NCBI GenBank assembly: GCA_963807165.1
Contig: CAWDZM010000001.1
Location: 198,306 to 262,305 of the forward strand
Direction: 5' to 3'
Source of the DNA: an uncultured bacterium
GTDB taxonomy: Bacteria; Patescibacteriota; Minisyncoccia; UBA6257; 2-01-FULL-56-20
Length of the DNA stretch: 64,000 nucleotides
Both the position numbers and the translations under genes were made by a program. This document shows positions 50,300 to 61,476 of this stretch, one piece after another (within the stretch, counting starts at the first letter, position 1; each line of letters begins with the position of its first letter). The notes beneath the pieces are model-generated. The model was not told the DNA's origin, searched no databases, and saw only the letters and a list, made by a program, of their open reading frames with translations.

Positions 50300-52143
50300 G
50301 CCGTTGGCGCGTCCCCTTCCGACTGCTTCTTTAACGATTCATTGATAGAACGGCGCAGGGCGTCGATATCCACTTTCTGCCGGACATATTGTTTTGGCGC
50401 GGTCGTGGGGGCAACCACAGGTGCTTCAGCTGTAGACGCGTCGTTAATCTTGACGCTCGCATCAGTAACGGTGTCAGTATCAACAACACTGTCAATTTTT
50501 TTAGGGATATTTACTGGAGGAATACTCTGCGGCACAGCATGTGGCACGGGCTGGGGTGCCGTTGCGCGTACCGGCGGAACAGACGCGGAACTGGGTGCGG
50601 ATACCACGCGAGGTGCTGATACCGATTGCAACGGTGGGATTGAGGCAGGAATATGATGAGTTGGGGCTGATGAAGTCGAGGCCGGAGTTGACGTTGCCGT
50701 TCGCGGCGCAGTCGTGCGCGAAGTGCGGAAATCACCGCCCGCGCCGTAGCCGGTACGCGGCGCATCCGGTCGCAATACCTGCGAAAGCGACTTCTCATCG
50801 CGCCGCCCGATCTTCTCGTTGATCACGGCATCGCTCTGGCCATTCCACTCGCTCGCGATCCGCTCGTCCACAATCTTGCGCGGCACCGCATAATGTTCAC
50901 GGGTATTCTTGATGATGATATCTTTATAGGATTGCAACGGCTGGATATGTGGCGGAAGCGTCGTAGCGGAAAACGGCTTTGAAGAAACGCCGTCGATCAT
51001 CAGTTTGATATAAATATTTGCCTTCGCGAGGTTGACGAGGTCGTTCTGCAAAAATTCAGGCATGAATTCCTTTTCAAGAAACTCGCCATCGGCGGCGCCG
51101 ACACGGAATGTAATGATCGTGCCGACGTTACCGAACACCGCGTCGCGTACTTTTGTGTTGCCATCGTTCGAGACGAGCTGTCCGATATATTGGTGCGCGA
51201 GCGTCAGCGAGAGGCGATATTTGCGCGCCTCGGAAAGGATGCTCGCGAATGAATCCGTCGCAAAGTTTTGGAATTCGTCCACATACATGTAGAAATCGCG
51301 GCGCTTCTCCTCCGGAATATCCACGCGGGACATTGCTGCCAACTGCAAGCGCGAGATGATCATCGCCCCGAGCAATGCGGAATTGTCCTCCCCCATCTTT
51401 CCCTTTGAAAGATTGACGATAAAGATCTTTCCCGTATCCATGATCTCGCGCATATTAATAGTAGAGCGCGACTGACCCAAAATATTTCTGATCAGCGGAT
51501 TAGAAACGAACTGTCCCACTTTATTTTGAATGGCAGCAAGCGCCTCAGTTTCAAGTTTTTGCGAATACCGCGCGAACTCGTTCTGCCAGAATGCCTTGAT
51601 GACCGGATCCTGCAGATTGTCCACGATCTTTTTGCGGTACGGCGGCTCGGCGAACATCCTCAAAACGCCCAACAGAGTTGAGTTCGGGAGCTCGAGTAAT
51701 GCGAGCAGGGTGTTGTTCAAAATATATTCCATACGAGCGGACCACGCGTCCACCCAGATCTTTTTGAATACGCCCATGATACCAGACGCAACGAGGTGGC
51801 GGAATTCCGTACCCACCTGCTCCATCGGATTGAACGCAATTGGGAATTCCATATCCGACGGATCGAAATAGATCACATCATCCAACCGATCCTCGGGAAT
51901 ATAGTCGAGCAATTTTTCTGCAGACTCGCCGTGCGGATCCAGGAACGCGATGCCGCGGCCGGCCTCGATGTCCGCGATCGCCATATTCTCAAGCAAGGTG
52001 GATTTTCCAACGCCGGTCTTTCCTACCACGTAGACGTGGCGACGGCGGTCATCAAATTTGATACCAAATTTTTGATCGCTATTACCGCGATAGTTATGAT
52101 AGCCGATCGGCGTAATGTCGCTAGGTGATTTTCCGTTTGCCAT
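50296..52143 (-). CDS. VirD4/TraG/TraD-family (type IV coupling protein-like) P-loop ATPase, cytoplasmic, with a C-terminal Pro/Ser/Thr/Ala-rich disordered tail
   Basis: Walker A VGKTGVGKST, DPHGE, Walker B MYVDEFQNF, and a TLAHQYIGQL motif. Confidence 0.55.
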   Translation of the reverse strand: MANGKSPSDITPIGYHNYRGNSDQKFGIKFDDRRRHVYVVGKTGVGKSTLLENMAIADIEAGRGIAFLDPHGESAEKLLDYIPEDRLDDVIYFDPSDMEFPIAFNPMEQVGTEFRHLVASGIMGVFKKIWVDAWSARMEYILNNTLLALLELPNSTLLGVLRMFAEPPYRKKIVDNLQDPVIKAFWQNEFARYSQKLETEALAAIQNKVGQFVSNPLIRNILGQSRSTINMREIMDTGKIFIVNLSKGKMGEDNSALLGAMIISRLQLAAMSRVDIPEEKRRDFYMYVDEFQNFATDSFASILSEARKYRLSLTLAHQYIGQLVSNDGNTKVRDAVFGNVGTIITFRVGAADGEFLEKEFMPEFLQNDLVNLAKANIYIKLMIDGVSSKPFSATTLPPHIQPLQSYKDIIIKNTREHYAVPRKIVDERIASEWNGQSDAVINEKIGRRDEKSLSQVLRPDAPRTGYGAGGDFRTSRTTAPRTATSTPASTSSAPTHHIPASIPPLQSVSAPRVVSAPSSASVPPVRATAPQPVPHAVPQSIPPVNIPKKIDSVVDTDTVTDASVKINDASTAEAPVVAPTTAPKQYVRQKVDIDALRRSINESLKKQSEGDAPTA

Positions 52144-52158
52144 ATAATAATTATCCCG

Positions 52159-53454
52159 CTATTCCTCGATAATAGGAAGCGATGCCGGCGGACTGCCACG
52201 GCGCGACTCCACTTTTTCGAGCTCGGTCGTTGACACCACCGCCAATGGGAAATGGAAAATGGTCGCCAGCTCCTCTATATTAAGGATTGATTCGTGATGT
52301 GCTGGAGAAAAATGCCGATACGCCTCATAGATATGATGTTTGCGTGCCCGAATACGGGTCTGTTTGAATAATGGCCCCTTCACCGAATACGATGCAGTGT
52401 TGGTCGGGCTGTCCGGCTTCAGCGAATTTAAATTCTGCGTATTGAATTGACGGATAAATCCATGAATGGAATTCGTATGGCCTGCGTTTGTGGATTCTTC
52501 CTTTTTCTCCAGATAAATAAACCGAAGTGTCGCCTCAAACGCGATCTTGGATATTTTGAGATGGATCGCATCCGCGCGCTCTTTATCCACCGGCGTCATC
52601 AAGAAGCGGGGCAATTTTTCCTGCTTTGCATCCTTACTCGACTTCGCTTCGCCGGGATGCTCAAATGGCCCGCGGATGATCTCACTCGGAGTAAGGCCCA
52701 AATCGAACTTTGGCCACAGACTCTGCTTTTTCGGCTCCTCGATACCAAGTAATTTTTTAATTTCCTTCTCGCCTTCGGTGCGAAATGCCTCACCAGTCGG
52801 CTTGATCACCACCTGAAACCATAGTTGTTCATTATCTTTTAACTTCGACATCGCCTCCATGAGCGGGGCAATCGTATCGATACGGTGCTCTTCCACCGCT
52901 TCTTCGAACATTGGGTAGGTACGGATCGGCAGATAATTTTCATGCCGCAACACTTCCTCCAGTCCGGAAATGTCGAAGGTCTCATTGGGGAAGGTATGTG
53001 GCAGTTCTTCCAAATAATCTTCCGCTTCCGTGATCTCGGCTTCCGGATACGCCGCGTAGATCGCCGACTCCATCATATTCCGATATTGCGTCGGCACGCG
53101 AAGATAAAAATGCGTCTCGCCGGCGCGGGCGACAAGCTCGAACACCATCCAGTATTCATCCTGCCCTTGTACATATTTCTTAAATGGCGGGATACCATAG
53201 GTATACGGCGCGTGCGCAGCAGCAAAAATCTGCTCCATTGCTTTTGGAGTTTTAAGAATTGTCTTTGGAACTTTGATCTCGAGCAACTTCCACTTAATAC
53301 CGGTGACCCATTTATAATGGAGGTGTAAAAGCCAAGATTCCCATAAAATGATGATGGCGATGATCGGCAATGCGATCCACCACACCAACCCCCACACAAC
53401 GAGGATGCTTTGAATAATGCCGGATAAAATAGTGCCCATATATACTATTATCAA
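52159..53454 (-). CDS. Membrane protein (N-terminal TM hairpin plus a ~380-aa cytoplasmic domain) immediately upstream of the VirD4-like ATPase. Possible partner.
   Basis: Start/stop juxtaposition with the ATPase on the same strand. Confidence 0.4.
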   Translation of the reverse strand: MIIVYMGTILSGIIQSILVVWGLVWWIALPIIAIIILWESWLLHLHYKWVTGIKWKLLEIKVPKTILKTPKAMEQIFAAAHAPYTYGIPPFKKYVQGQDEYWMVFELVARAGETHFYLRVPTQYRNMMESAIYAAYPEAEITEAEDYLEELPHTFPNETFDISGLEEVLRHENYLPIRTYPMFEEAVEEHRIDTIAPLMEAMSKLKDNEQLWFQVVIKPTGEAFRTEGEKEIKKLLGIEEPKKQSLWPKFDLGLTPSEIIRGPFEHPGEAKSSKDAKQEKLPRFLMTPVDKERADAIHLKISKIAFEATLRFIYLEKKEESTNAGHTNSIHGFIRQFNTQNLNSLKPDSPTNTASYSVKGPLFKQTRIRARKHHIYEAYRHFSPAHHESILNIEELATIFHFPLAVVSTTELEKVESRRGSPPASLPIIEE

Positions 53455-53502
53455 CTTTTAGAGATCAAAGTGCAAAAAATGCGGAACCGCTGGGAAATCG
53501 AC

Positions 53503-54534
53503 TTAGGATTCCCGAACGCGATATTTTCCGTCGTTCATGCGCTCGAAGAAATTCCGATTCTGAAGATTGATGAGGATTGTGTTCTGCTTAAAGAAGCGCT
53601 GGGCGTTGACATGGGTGACAACATCGGTCGGTTTGAGTGGACCCTTCATCTTCAAGACCTTGGCGATGACCTCGCGCGCAGTACCGGCTTCGTATCCATT
53701 CTCTTTAAGTCCGTACATACCGCGACCAACGAGCACAAAGCGCGGGTCTTTGATGAGCTCGTTATGTACGGTCGGCGCAAGTGCCTTCTGATCGTCAAAT
53801 CCGACTTTATTAATGTGCGTCGCAATGTCCTCAAAGTGCAACGGTTCGTTTTTCTTTTTGAGTACCAGATAGATCTTGTCGCGCACGGTTGCCGGATTGA
53901 TCTCCGCCCATTCGTTCAAGCCCATATCGCCGTATGGATTCTTGTCGATCTGCTTCGAGATGCTCAGATAGTTTTCGGCGATCTCCTGCGCAACGGACTT
54001 TGTTTTGACAAAGCTCGCGAGCTGAATCTGATATGAATCAGTGAACACTTTTTCCTTGTGGCTCTTTAGGAAACCAACCCAACCGTTAACGAACGTGCTC
54101 GCAGTTTTGAGGTCTTTGTCCGTAACATAATAGAACGGGTGGAATGCATCATCTTCGCGATGAAGATTGAATACGCCCGAGGCCTCGGCGAGAAAATCGA
54201 GATGGTTCTCGCGGACGCCGCTCGTGAGCGTCGTCGTATAGCGAACCACATCTGCCTTGCTCAACACGCCGCCCCGCGCGGAAATGAATTTCTTTACCTT
54301 ATCCAAAATGACGCCCGCTTCCGGATTCTTTGAAATATTGGCTTTGACGAGCACAATCGCGCCATTTTCGATCTGACGTACGCGCTCACGGGTCACGCCT
54401 AAACGATCGCCGATCGCAGCGAGTGTTTCGCCGTCCGTCTTGCCGTCCAAACCAAACCGAGCCGTAATAACCTCCTTTTGGCGAGGATTAAGGCCGTTAA
54501 GCGATGTAGTGATGAGTTTTGTGATGGATGCCAT
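53503..54534 (-). CDS. DNA-binding protein with an N-terminal sigma-70 region-4-like HTH and two HARE-HTH-like modules
   Basis: Region-4-like LGVTRERVRQIE. Repeated LVLKKKNEPLHFEDIATHI / AKVLKMKGPLKPTDVVTHV patterns. Confidence 0.45.
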   Translation of the reverse strand: MASITKLITTSLNGLNPRQKEVITARFGLDGKTDGETLAAIGDRLGVTRERVRQIENGAIVLVKANISKNPEAGVILDKVKKFISARGGVLSKADVVRYTTTLTSGVRENHLDFLAEASGVFNLHREDDAFHPFYYVTDKDLKTASTFVNGWVGFLKSHKEKVFTDSYQIQLASFVKTKSVAQEIAENYLSISKQIDKNPYGDMGLNEWAEINPATVRDKIYLVLKKKNEPLHFEDIATHINKVGFDDQKALAPTVHNELIKDPRFVLVGRGMYGLKENGYEAGTAREVIAKVLKMKGPLKPTDVVTHVNAQRFFKQNTILINLQNRNFFERMNDGKYRVRES

Positions 54535-54695
54535 AGGTTTTTATGTATCGGTAATATTGTATATTATAGTAAGATATATGTCAAGCGGCACATCCAACAC
54601 TGGACTCCCCTCTCAATTTATCCTAAAGTATTGTAATTCATATTAAACTAAATTACAAGCACAGTCAAGAAATCTGGGGATAACCTGCACGATCA

Positions 54696-55595
54696 CTAAA
54701 CGTTTTCAGCCGGGCTCACGAGCGCCAATGCCGGGCTCGCGATGAAGATCGACGAATAGATACCCGTCGTCACTCCGACTAAAAGCGTCAAGATGAAATA
54801 TTTGAGATCCGCCGGGCCTACAAAGTAGAGTGCGAGGAGCACCAAGATGAGCGTGAGCGATGTGTTAATGGAGCGCGCGAGCGTCTGGTTAACGCTGTCA
54901 TTGATGATCGTCGCGAACGGCATCTTGCCGCGATGATTCAAAAGGTTTTCGCGAATGCGGTCGAATACCACGATCGTATCGTGCACGGAAAATCCCATGA
55001 CGACGAGCAGTGCAACGATAAAGTCGGAATCGATTTGTACTCCTTTAAAGTGCCCGAGGATAGCGAGCATGCCCGCCGGGATGGCAACGTCGTGGAACAG
55101 CGTGATCAGCGTGATCCATCCGTACTTCCATGAACTGATCGGCCGCGACGCCTTCCGAAACGCGAACGCGATGTAAAGTGAGATACCGATCAAGACGAGG
55201 ATGATTGCGATGATCGAATTGTTGCGCAAATTGGTTCCCACCGATGCGCTGATGGACTGAAAGCTCAACTCTTTGAACGACGGCCACACTTGCTGCAACT
55301 CAGTAATGTACTGCTGATGAGCAACCTCGGTGATGGATCCGAAAATAACAAGGAATGACTGATCGCCGGTATTCGCGCTCACCTGCGCATCCGTAATGTG
55401 CAAATTATTGACAAGCTCGTTCTGCACATCGGTTACAGAAAGATTCTGTCCGGGAATCTGGAACTCCCACAATGTACCGCCCTTCAACTCAGCGCTTTCT
55501 TGAAATCCGTACGTTGCAATAGCAAGCACGGCGATACCCACCAAGATGATGGAGATGGTAAACCAGATTTTCTTATGTCCTACGATGTTGAGCAT
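54696..55595 (-). CDS. secF: Protein translocase subunit SecF
   Basis: Six-TM SecF architecture downstream of secD. Confidence 0.85.
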   Translation of the reverse strand: MLNIVGHKKIWFTISIILVGIAVLAIATYGFQESAELKGGTLWEFQIPGQNLSVTDVQNELVNNLHITDAQVSANTGDQSFLVIFGSITEVAHQQYITELQQVWPSFKELSFQSISASVGTNLRNNSIIAIILVLIGISLYIAFAFRKASRPISSWKYGWITLITLFHDVAIPAGMLAILGHFKGVQIDSDFIVALLVVMGFSVHDTIVVFDRIRENLLNHRGKMPFATIINDSVNQTLARSINTSLTLILVLLALYFVGPADLKYFILTLLVGVTTGIYSSIFIASPALALVSPAENV

Positions 55596-55607
55596 GGTGA
55601 TAATAAT

Positions 55608-56858
55608 TTATGCTTTAGCCGCCGGTTTATCGTCCTTCAGAAAGAAGCGCAAGAAGAGCCGCGTGGTCGTGATAGCACTAAACAAACTGACAAGCGTTCC
55701 AATAAGGAGTGTAAGCGCAAAGCCCTGCACAAAGCTGGAGGTAAAGAAGTATAAGATGATCGAAGTGATGATCGTGGAGGTGTTTGAATCGCGGATAGAC
55801 GGCCACGCGCGGCGGAACCCTTCCTCTATCGCTGAAGATTTTGGCAATCCCCGCTTGAGCTCTTCTTTTATACGCTCAAAGATCAGGACGTTTGCGTCAA
55901 CTGCAGTACCGATCGTCAGCACGAAGCCCGCGAGGCCCGCCAAGCTGAGCGTGATCGGGATCGCTTTAAAAACGCCGAGTGTGAGCGCGATGTAGATGAG
56001 CAACGCAAGCGCGGCGAAGAGGCCAAGCAAGCGGTAGTAAAAAATCATAAAGAGCATGACGAGGAGGGTGCCGATAATAGCGGCGATAATCACCTTCTTT
56101 AATGAGTCGGAGCCGAGAGAAGGACTGATCGTCTGTTGGCTGACAAGCGTAATCGGCGCAGGAAGCGCACCAGCATTAAACCGCTCCACTAATTGCTGTG
56201 CCGTCGTGACCGTGAATCCTCCACTGATCACCGCCTGTCCACCGGAGATCGCCTGCTGGACGACCGGCGCTTCAATAAGCTGGCCATCAAGGAATATCGC
56301 GAGCGGCTTACCGACGTTCGCCGAAGTGATTTGCTCAAAAAGCGTAGAACCCTGACTGTTAAAAGAAATAGAAACCTGCGGTGAGTTTGTTGTCTGATCG
56401 AACGTCAACTGCGCGCCGGTGATGTACTGGCCGGTAAGGTTCGTCGGGGTATATTGCGGCGGCGTGCTCGATCCAGTGGATTGCACCGTCTCGAATTGTA
56501 GCAACGGCGTCTGCCCAATCTCGTTGATCGCATCGCTCACGTTATTGATACCGGCGAGATCGACAAAAAGCTGCGCCTGATTCGTACCCTGCGAGGTATA
56601 AATATCCGGCTCGCTCACACCAAATAAGTTAACGCGCTTTTCGATCACGTCGCGCAAGCCGGAAACAACAGAACTCTGATCCGTCGAGGAAACATTCGAA
56701 AGATCAATCTGGTAGACCAAGTGGCTGCCCCCAACGAGATCAAGGCCGAGCTTCCACGGCTCCACCTTTTCCCCGACTCCCTTTGGATACACGAACACAC
56801 CCGCGATAATAGCGAGCACGACGATAAGCGATAAAAATAGGCCTGGATGGCGCCTCAT
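55608..56858 (-). CDS. secD: Protein translocase subunit SecD
   Basis: SecD periplasmic domain plus C-terminal TM bundle. Confidence 0.85.
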   Translation of the reverse strand: MRRHPGLFLSLIVVLAIIAGVFVYPKGVGEKVEPWKLGLDLVGGSHLVYQIDLSNVSSTDQSSVVSGLRDVIEKRVNLFGVSEPDIYTSQGTNQAQLFVDLAGINNVSDAINEIGQTPLLQFETVQSTGSSTPPQYTPTNLTGQYITGAQLTFDQTTNSPQVSISFNSQGSTLFEQITSANVGKPLAIFLDGQLIEAPVVQQAISGGQAVISGGFTVTTAQQLVERFNAGALPAPITLVSQQTISPSLGSDSLKKVIIAAIIGTLLVMLFMIFYYRLLGLFAALALLIYIALTLGVFKAIPITLSLAGLAGFVLTIGTAVDANVLIFERIKEELKRGLPKSSAIEEGFRRAWPSIRDSNTSTIITSIILYFFTSSFVQGFALTLLIGTLVSLFSAITTTRLFLRFFLKDDKPAAKA

Positions 56859-56909
56859 TGGAAATGATTATAACAGATTGTTTTGGAAGAACAAGGGCTG
56901 CCTCTGTTG

Positions 56910-56990
56910 TGCGCGGGAGAGGATTCGAACCTCCACGCCTTTCGGCACACGCACCTCAAGCGTGCTCGGCTACCATTACGACACCCGCGC
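56910..56990 (-). tRNA. tRNA-Leu (anticodon GAG), long variable arm
   Basis: Cloverleaf folded by hand. Anticodon loop TTGAGGT. CCA is not encoded. Confidence 0.8.
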
Positions 56991-56991
56991 G

Positions 56992-57675
56992 TTATATTGT
57001 CAGCTTCTTATTTATTACCGCCAACGCATCTTCGATCTTTTTGCGCTTTCGGGATAAACAAACCACCTCGGGATTATAATACATCTTTGGTAATAATTTC
57101 AATGACTCAGCCTTCGCATATTTTATTTCATACATGGGAGCCTTCCCCGTCTTTGTAATATGACCCTTTATCGCTAATCTCCGAAGTATTCCCTCCCGTA
57201 TCCATACGATATGTTTTTCGCTGGCAGACATAAAAACCGTGTAAAACATATAGCTTGATCGCCAGCGGGGGTCCCAATATGAGTAGAACGTTCCGTCACC
57301 GTCGAAATGGCCACGAAGGAAATCGAAGAAATATTCGGGTGGAATATCTATACTCCCGATTATTTTCGATTTTTGCGGCATAATGCCGATGCTATTAAGA
57401 AAATTGCAAAATGCGACATCGCCAACCTGAAGATTAAAGTATTTTTTCTCTCTATTCGATCCGCTGCTTTTCATTCCAATTTTGTTCGTAATACCCAAGC
57501 ACCCCATAAAATTTTTCATCTGCTCTTCATCTTTTGAAGTAAAATTTATCATTTTGCGATTGGAGTATATGCATCCATCCGTCACTAAAAGCCCGATTGC
57601 GTAGGCAAATTCGGGCGACCATCGTATTGCGATCTTATGTTGCGGATGCATACCCGACCCTACCACACCGCACAT
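56992..57675 (-). CDS. LAGLIDADG homing endonuclease, double-motif. Its stop codon lies 1 nt before the 5' end of tRNA-Leu.
   Basis: Motifs AIGLLVTDGCI and FLRGHFDGDGTF. Confidence 0.75.
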   Translation of the reverse strand: MCGVVGSGMHPQHKIAIRWSPEFAYAIGLLVTDGCIYSNRKMINFTSKDEEQMKNFMGCLGITNKIGMKSSGSNREKKYFNLQVGDVAFCNFLNSIGIMPQKSKIIGSIDIPPEYFFDFLRGHFDGDGTFYSYWDPRWRSSYMFYTVFMSASEKHIVWIREGILRRLAIKGHITKTGKAPMYEIKYAKAESLKLLPKMYYNPEVVCLSRKRKKIEDALAVINKKLTI

Positions 57676-57753
57676 TAAAAATTTCTTAAAAGATCTTTGA
57701 TAATAAAAAAACCTCGCGAATATGCGCGCGAGGCATGCCCAAACATCGCCATA

Positions 57754-58143
57754 TCACTCTTCCGCCTTGGGCGGAAACTGCGCCTTCGCGAGCCAGGGCA
57801 GATACGCCGTCTGGAGATGATGTATCGCCGACGAAGTCATCCCTTCGAGCGAGCGCAGAAACGCGTTATCGGCACGTTCCTGCCGCGTCCAGTCTCCATG
57901 CTTTTTTTCTTTGACCTTTCGGCAGAACCGCAGAGAAAGCTGGCTCGTTAACACGACCACTTTCTTGTAGCTTCCGTCCGTCAGTTCGAAATGCTCTTTC
58001 ATGGCAGACAAATCGGTCCCGGCGTTGCACTCCCGCAGCGTGGCGGCACAATGGCGTTGCAACCCTTCGAACTCCGCCAATGCTTCAGCGCATATTTCCC
58101 GGAATTCGTTCTGATTCCATAGACGTAGATTTTCAATAATCAT
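57754..58143 (-). CDS. Hypothetical protein
   Basis: 129 aa, no recognised motif. Confidence 0.3.
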   Translation of the reverse strand: MIIENLRLWNQNEFREICAEALAEFEGLQRHCAATLRECNAGTDLSAMKEHFELTDGSYKKVVVLTSQLSLRFCRKVKEKKHGDWTRQERADNAFLRSLEGMTSSAIHHLQTAYLPWLAKAQFPPKAEE

Positions 58144-58240
58144 GACCGGCTCCTTACTAAGTTAAGACTAGCACTAAAATCTTTATATGGACAAATAAAA
58201 AAGGCGCAAGTCTCGAGCGAGGAACCTGTGCCTTTTTTAT

Positions 58241-58567
58241 TTAGATGGAGACCTTCAGCTTCTGGCGAATCTTGGCGCCAGAGATGCCGCGGACGAAATA
58301 CAATTTTGAGCGATGGACTTTCTTTGGTGAAGAAACGACGTCGATCTTGACGATCGAAGGCGAGTGGATCGGATACACTTTTTCCACGCCGACGCCTGCG
58401 AGTGTGGTGCGGACGGTGAACGTCGCGCCCGGCTCAGAGCCATGCTTGCGCGCGATCACTAAACCGGCGAATGGGGTTTTACCCTCATACACCTTTACCT
58501 TCGCGCCCGGCTTTATTTTTTTGAGAATTTCCTCTGAGACCATGGTTGTTATTATGTTATGCCACAA
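58241..58567 (-). CDS. rplS: 50S ribosomal protein L19
   Basis: Full-length L19 homology. Confidence 0.85.
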   Translation of the reverse strand: MWHNIITTMVSEEILKKIKPGAKVKVYEGKTPFAGLVIARKHGSEPGATFTVRTTLAGVGVEKVYPIHSPSIVKIDVVSSPKKVHRSKLYFVRGISGAKIRQKLKVSI

Positions 58568-58940
58568 GGCTGGTTATTTTTCCAATAAGATCGTCGATCG
58601 ATACCTTCACTTTGACGAAATATTCCTTTGCGCCAAGCTGTCGTGCCTTTTCAATGTCGGAATCTTGAGCAAGATTGCTCACGATCACGACCGGCACCTT
58701 ATCAAGCCCAGGAGTGATGGAAACCATCTGCAAGACTTCGAACCCGGTGACCTTTGGCATGATGAGATCGAGGACGATCAGCGCAGGAACCTCTGCTTTG
58801 AGAACCTGCATTGCTTCCTCGCCATCAAACGCCTGCACCACCGTAAAGCCCTCCTTTTCTAGCCGTGCCTTCATGAGCGACGACAGAAAATGGTCGTCTT
58901 CAACGATCACGATCTTTTTAGCACTCGCATCAGTAGGCAT
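58557..58940 (-). CDS. Single-domain response regulator (CheY-like receiver)
   Basis: VEDD, VLDLIMP and IVSN receiver motifs. No output domain. Confidence 0.75.
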   Translation of the reverse strand: MPTDASAKKIVIVEDDHFLSSLMKARLEKEGFTVVQAFDGEEAMQVLKAEVPALIVLDLIMPKVTGFEVLQMVSITPGLDKVPVVIVSNLAQDSDIEKARQLGAKEYFVKVKVSIDDLIGKITSLVA

Positions 58941-59079
58941 AGTAGTATTCTATCATATTTCTGTAAAGAGCTTTTTAGTTGTCCCAATTACCTCCCTCGC
59001 TTTCGCCTGCGATCGATTCGCTGGCCAAAGAGAAGAAAGTTCGACATATATAGAACCGAAGTTTTATATATTTAGTTTA

Positions 59080-60626
<1,547 letters not shown>

Positions 60627-60802
60627 GATAAAAAGATATCGCCCAAAGTCTCAAAAACTTTGAACGTTGATCCTAATGTTATTGTTGCAACATTTGATTA
60701 CTTCTTAACGTTGCCAAAAAGAATAAATTGGGACAACTAAAAAACTCTCTCTTTTTTCCTTACCATTAAATTGTGAAGGGACAGCTCGATACAACGAGGT
60801 CT

Positions 60803-60830
60803 ATTGTAGCAAACGCTGGGATAGTGTCAA
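60803..60830 (-). promoter_or_regulatory. Candidate 16S promoter on the minus strand: TTGACA, 16-nt spacer, TACAAT, ~170 nt upstream of the mature 5' end.
   Basis: Hexamers read from the reverse complement. Confidence 0.4.
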
Positions 60831-60904
60831 CCCTACGGGAAAGGGGTTTTATAGGCCTCCCTGGAGATGATAGTTTTGCCATCAATATCGCTTCTCGAGA
60901 TGAT

Positions 60905-60934
60905 TTGACAAGATAGCAATTTTTATGGTAATAT
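60905..60934 (+). promoter_or_regulatory. Strong consensus-like promoter on the plus strand (TTGACA, 18-nt spacer, TAATAT), divergent from the 16S promoter. It would start a ~260-nt untranslated transcript upstream of the rpmE promoter.
   Basis: Hexamers read directly from the sequence. Confidence 0.4.
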
Positions 60935-61194
60935 AAGTGTCAGAAATCCCAATTAGGGACAGGAGAATACAGGATGAATCCACATGACGACGACGGGCTG
61001 GAAAGCTTTTCGATTCCTGGACGACGAGCAGGCAGAGACATCGCCCATCGGAGGTATGTTGATATCCTCCTGTGGGCGCTCGGCATCGTGATTGCTTCTA
61101 CCGCAATATGCGTGCGCCACGCACACTAATCGTCGCAGTTGCCACAACCATAACAGGGCTTCCCCCAACCGGAGGCCTTTCACTTTTTAATTAT

Positions 61195-61223
61195 TTGACT
61201 ACTTAAAATTTATCGCATATAAT
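61195..61223 (+). promoter_or_regulatory. rpmE promoter: TTGACT, 17-nt spacer, TATAAT. The ATG is 10 nt downstream, so near-leaderless.
   Basis: Hexamers read directly from the sequence. Confidence 0.5.
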
Positions 61224-61233
61224 AGACAACATC

Positions 61234-61476
61234 ATGAAATCAACAATCCATCCGAAATATTTCCCTCACGCCGCAGTCATCTGCGCGTGCGGCAACACGT
61301 TTACCACCGGCGCCACTCAGGAAGAGATCCGCGTTGAAATTTGCGCACAGTGCCATCCGTTCTATACCGGCGAAGAAAAGCTCATCGACACCGCAGGACG
61401 CGTAGAGAAGTTCAAATCACGCCGTGCCGCGAAGGTTGAACCGAAGGCAAAGAAGATCCGCCCGAAGAAGCAATAA
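61234..61476 (+). CDS. rpmE: 50S ribosomal protein L31 (Zn-ribbon type)
   Basis: C-x-C ... C-x2-H zinc ribbon. Full-length L31 homology. Confidence 0.85.
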   Translation: MKSTIHPKYFPHAAVICACGNTFTTGATQEEIRVEICAQCHPFYTGEEKLIDTAGRVEKFKSRRAAKVEPKAKKIRPKKQ

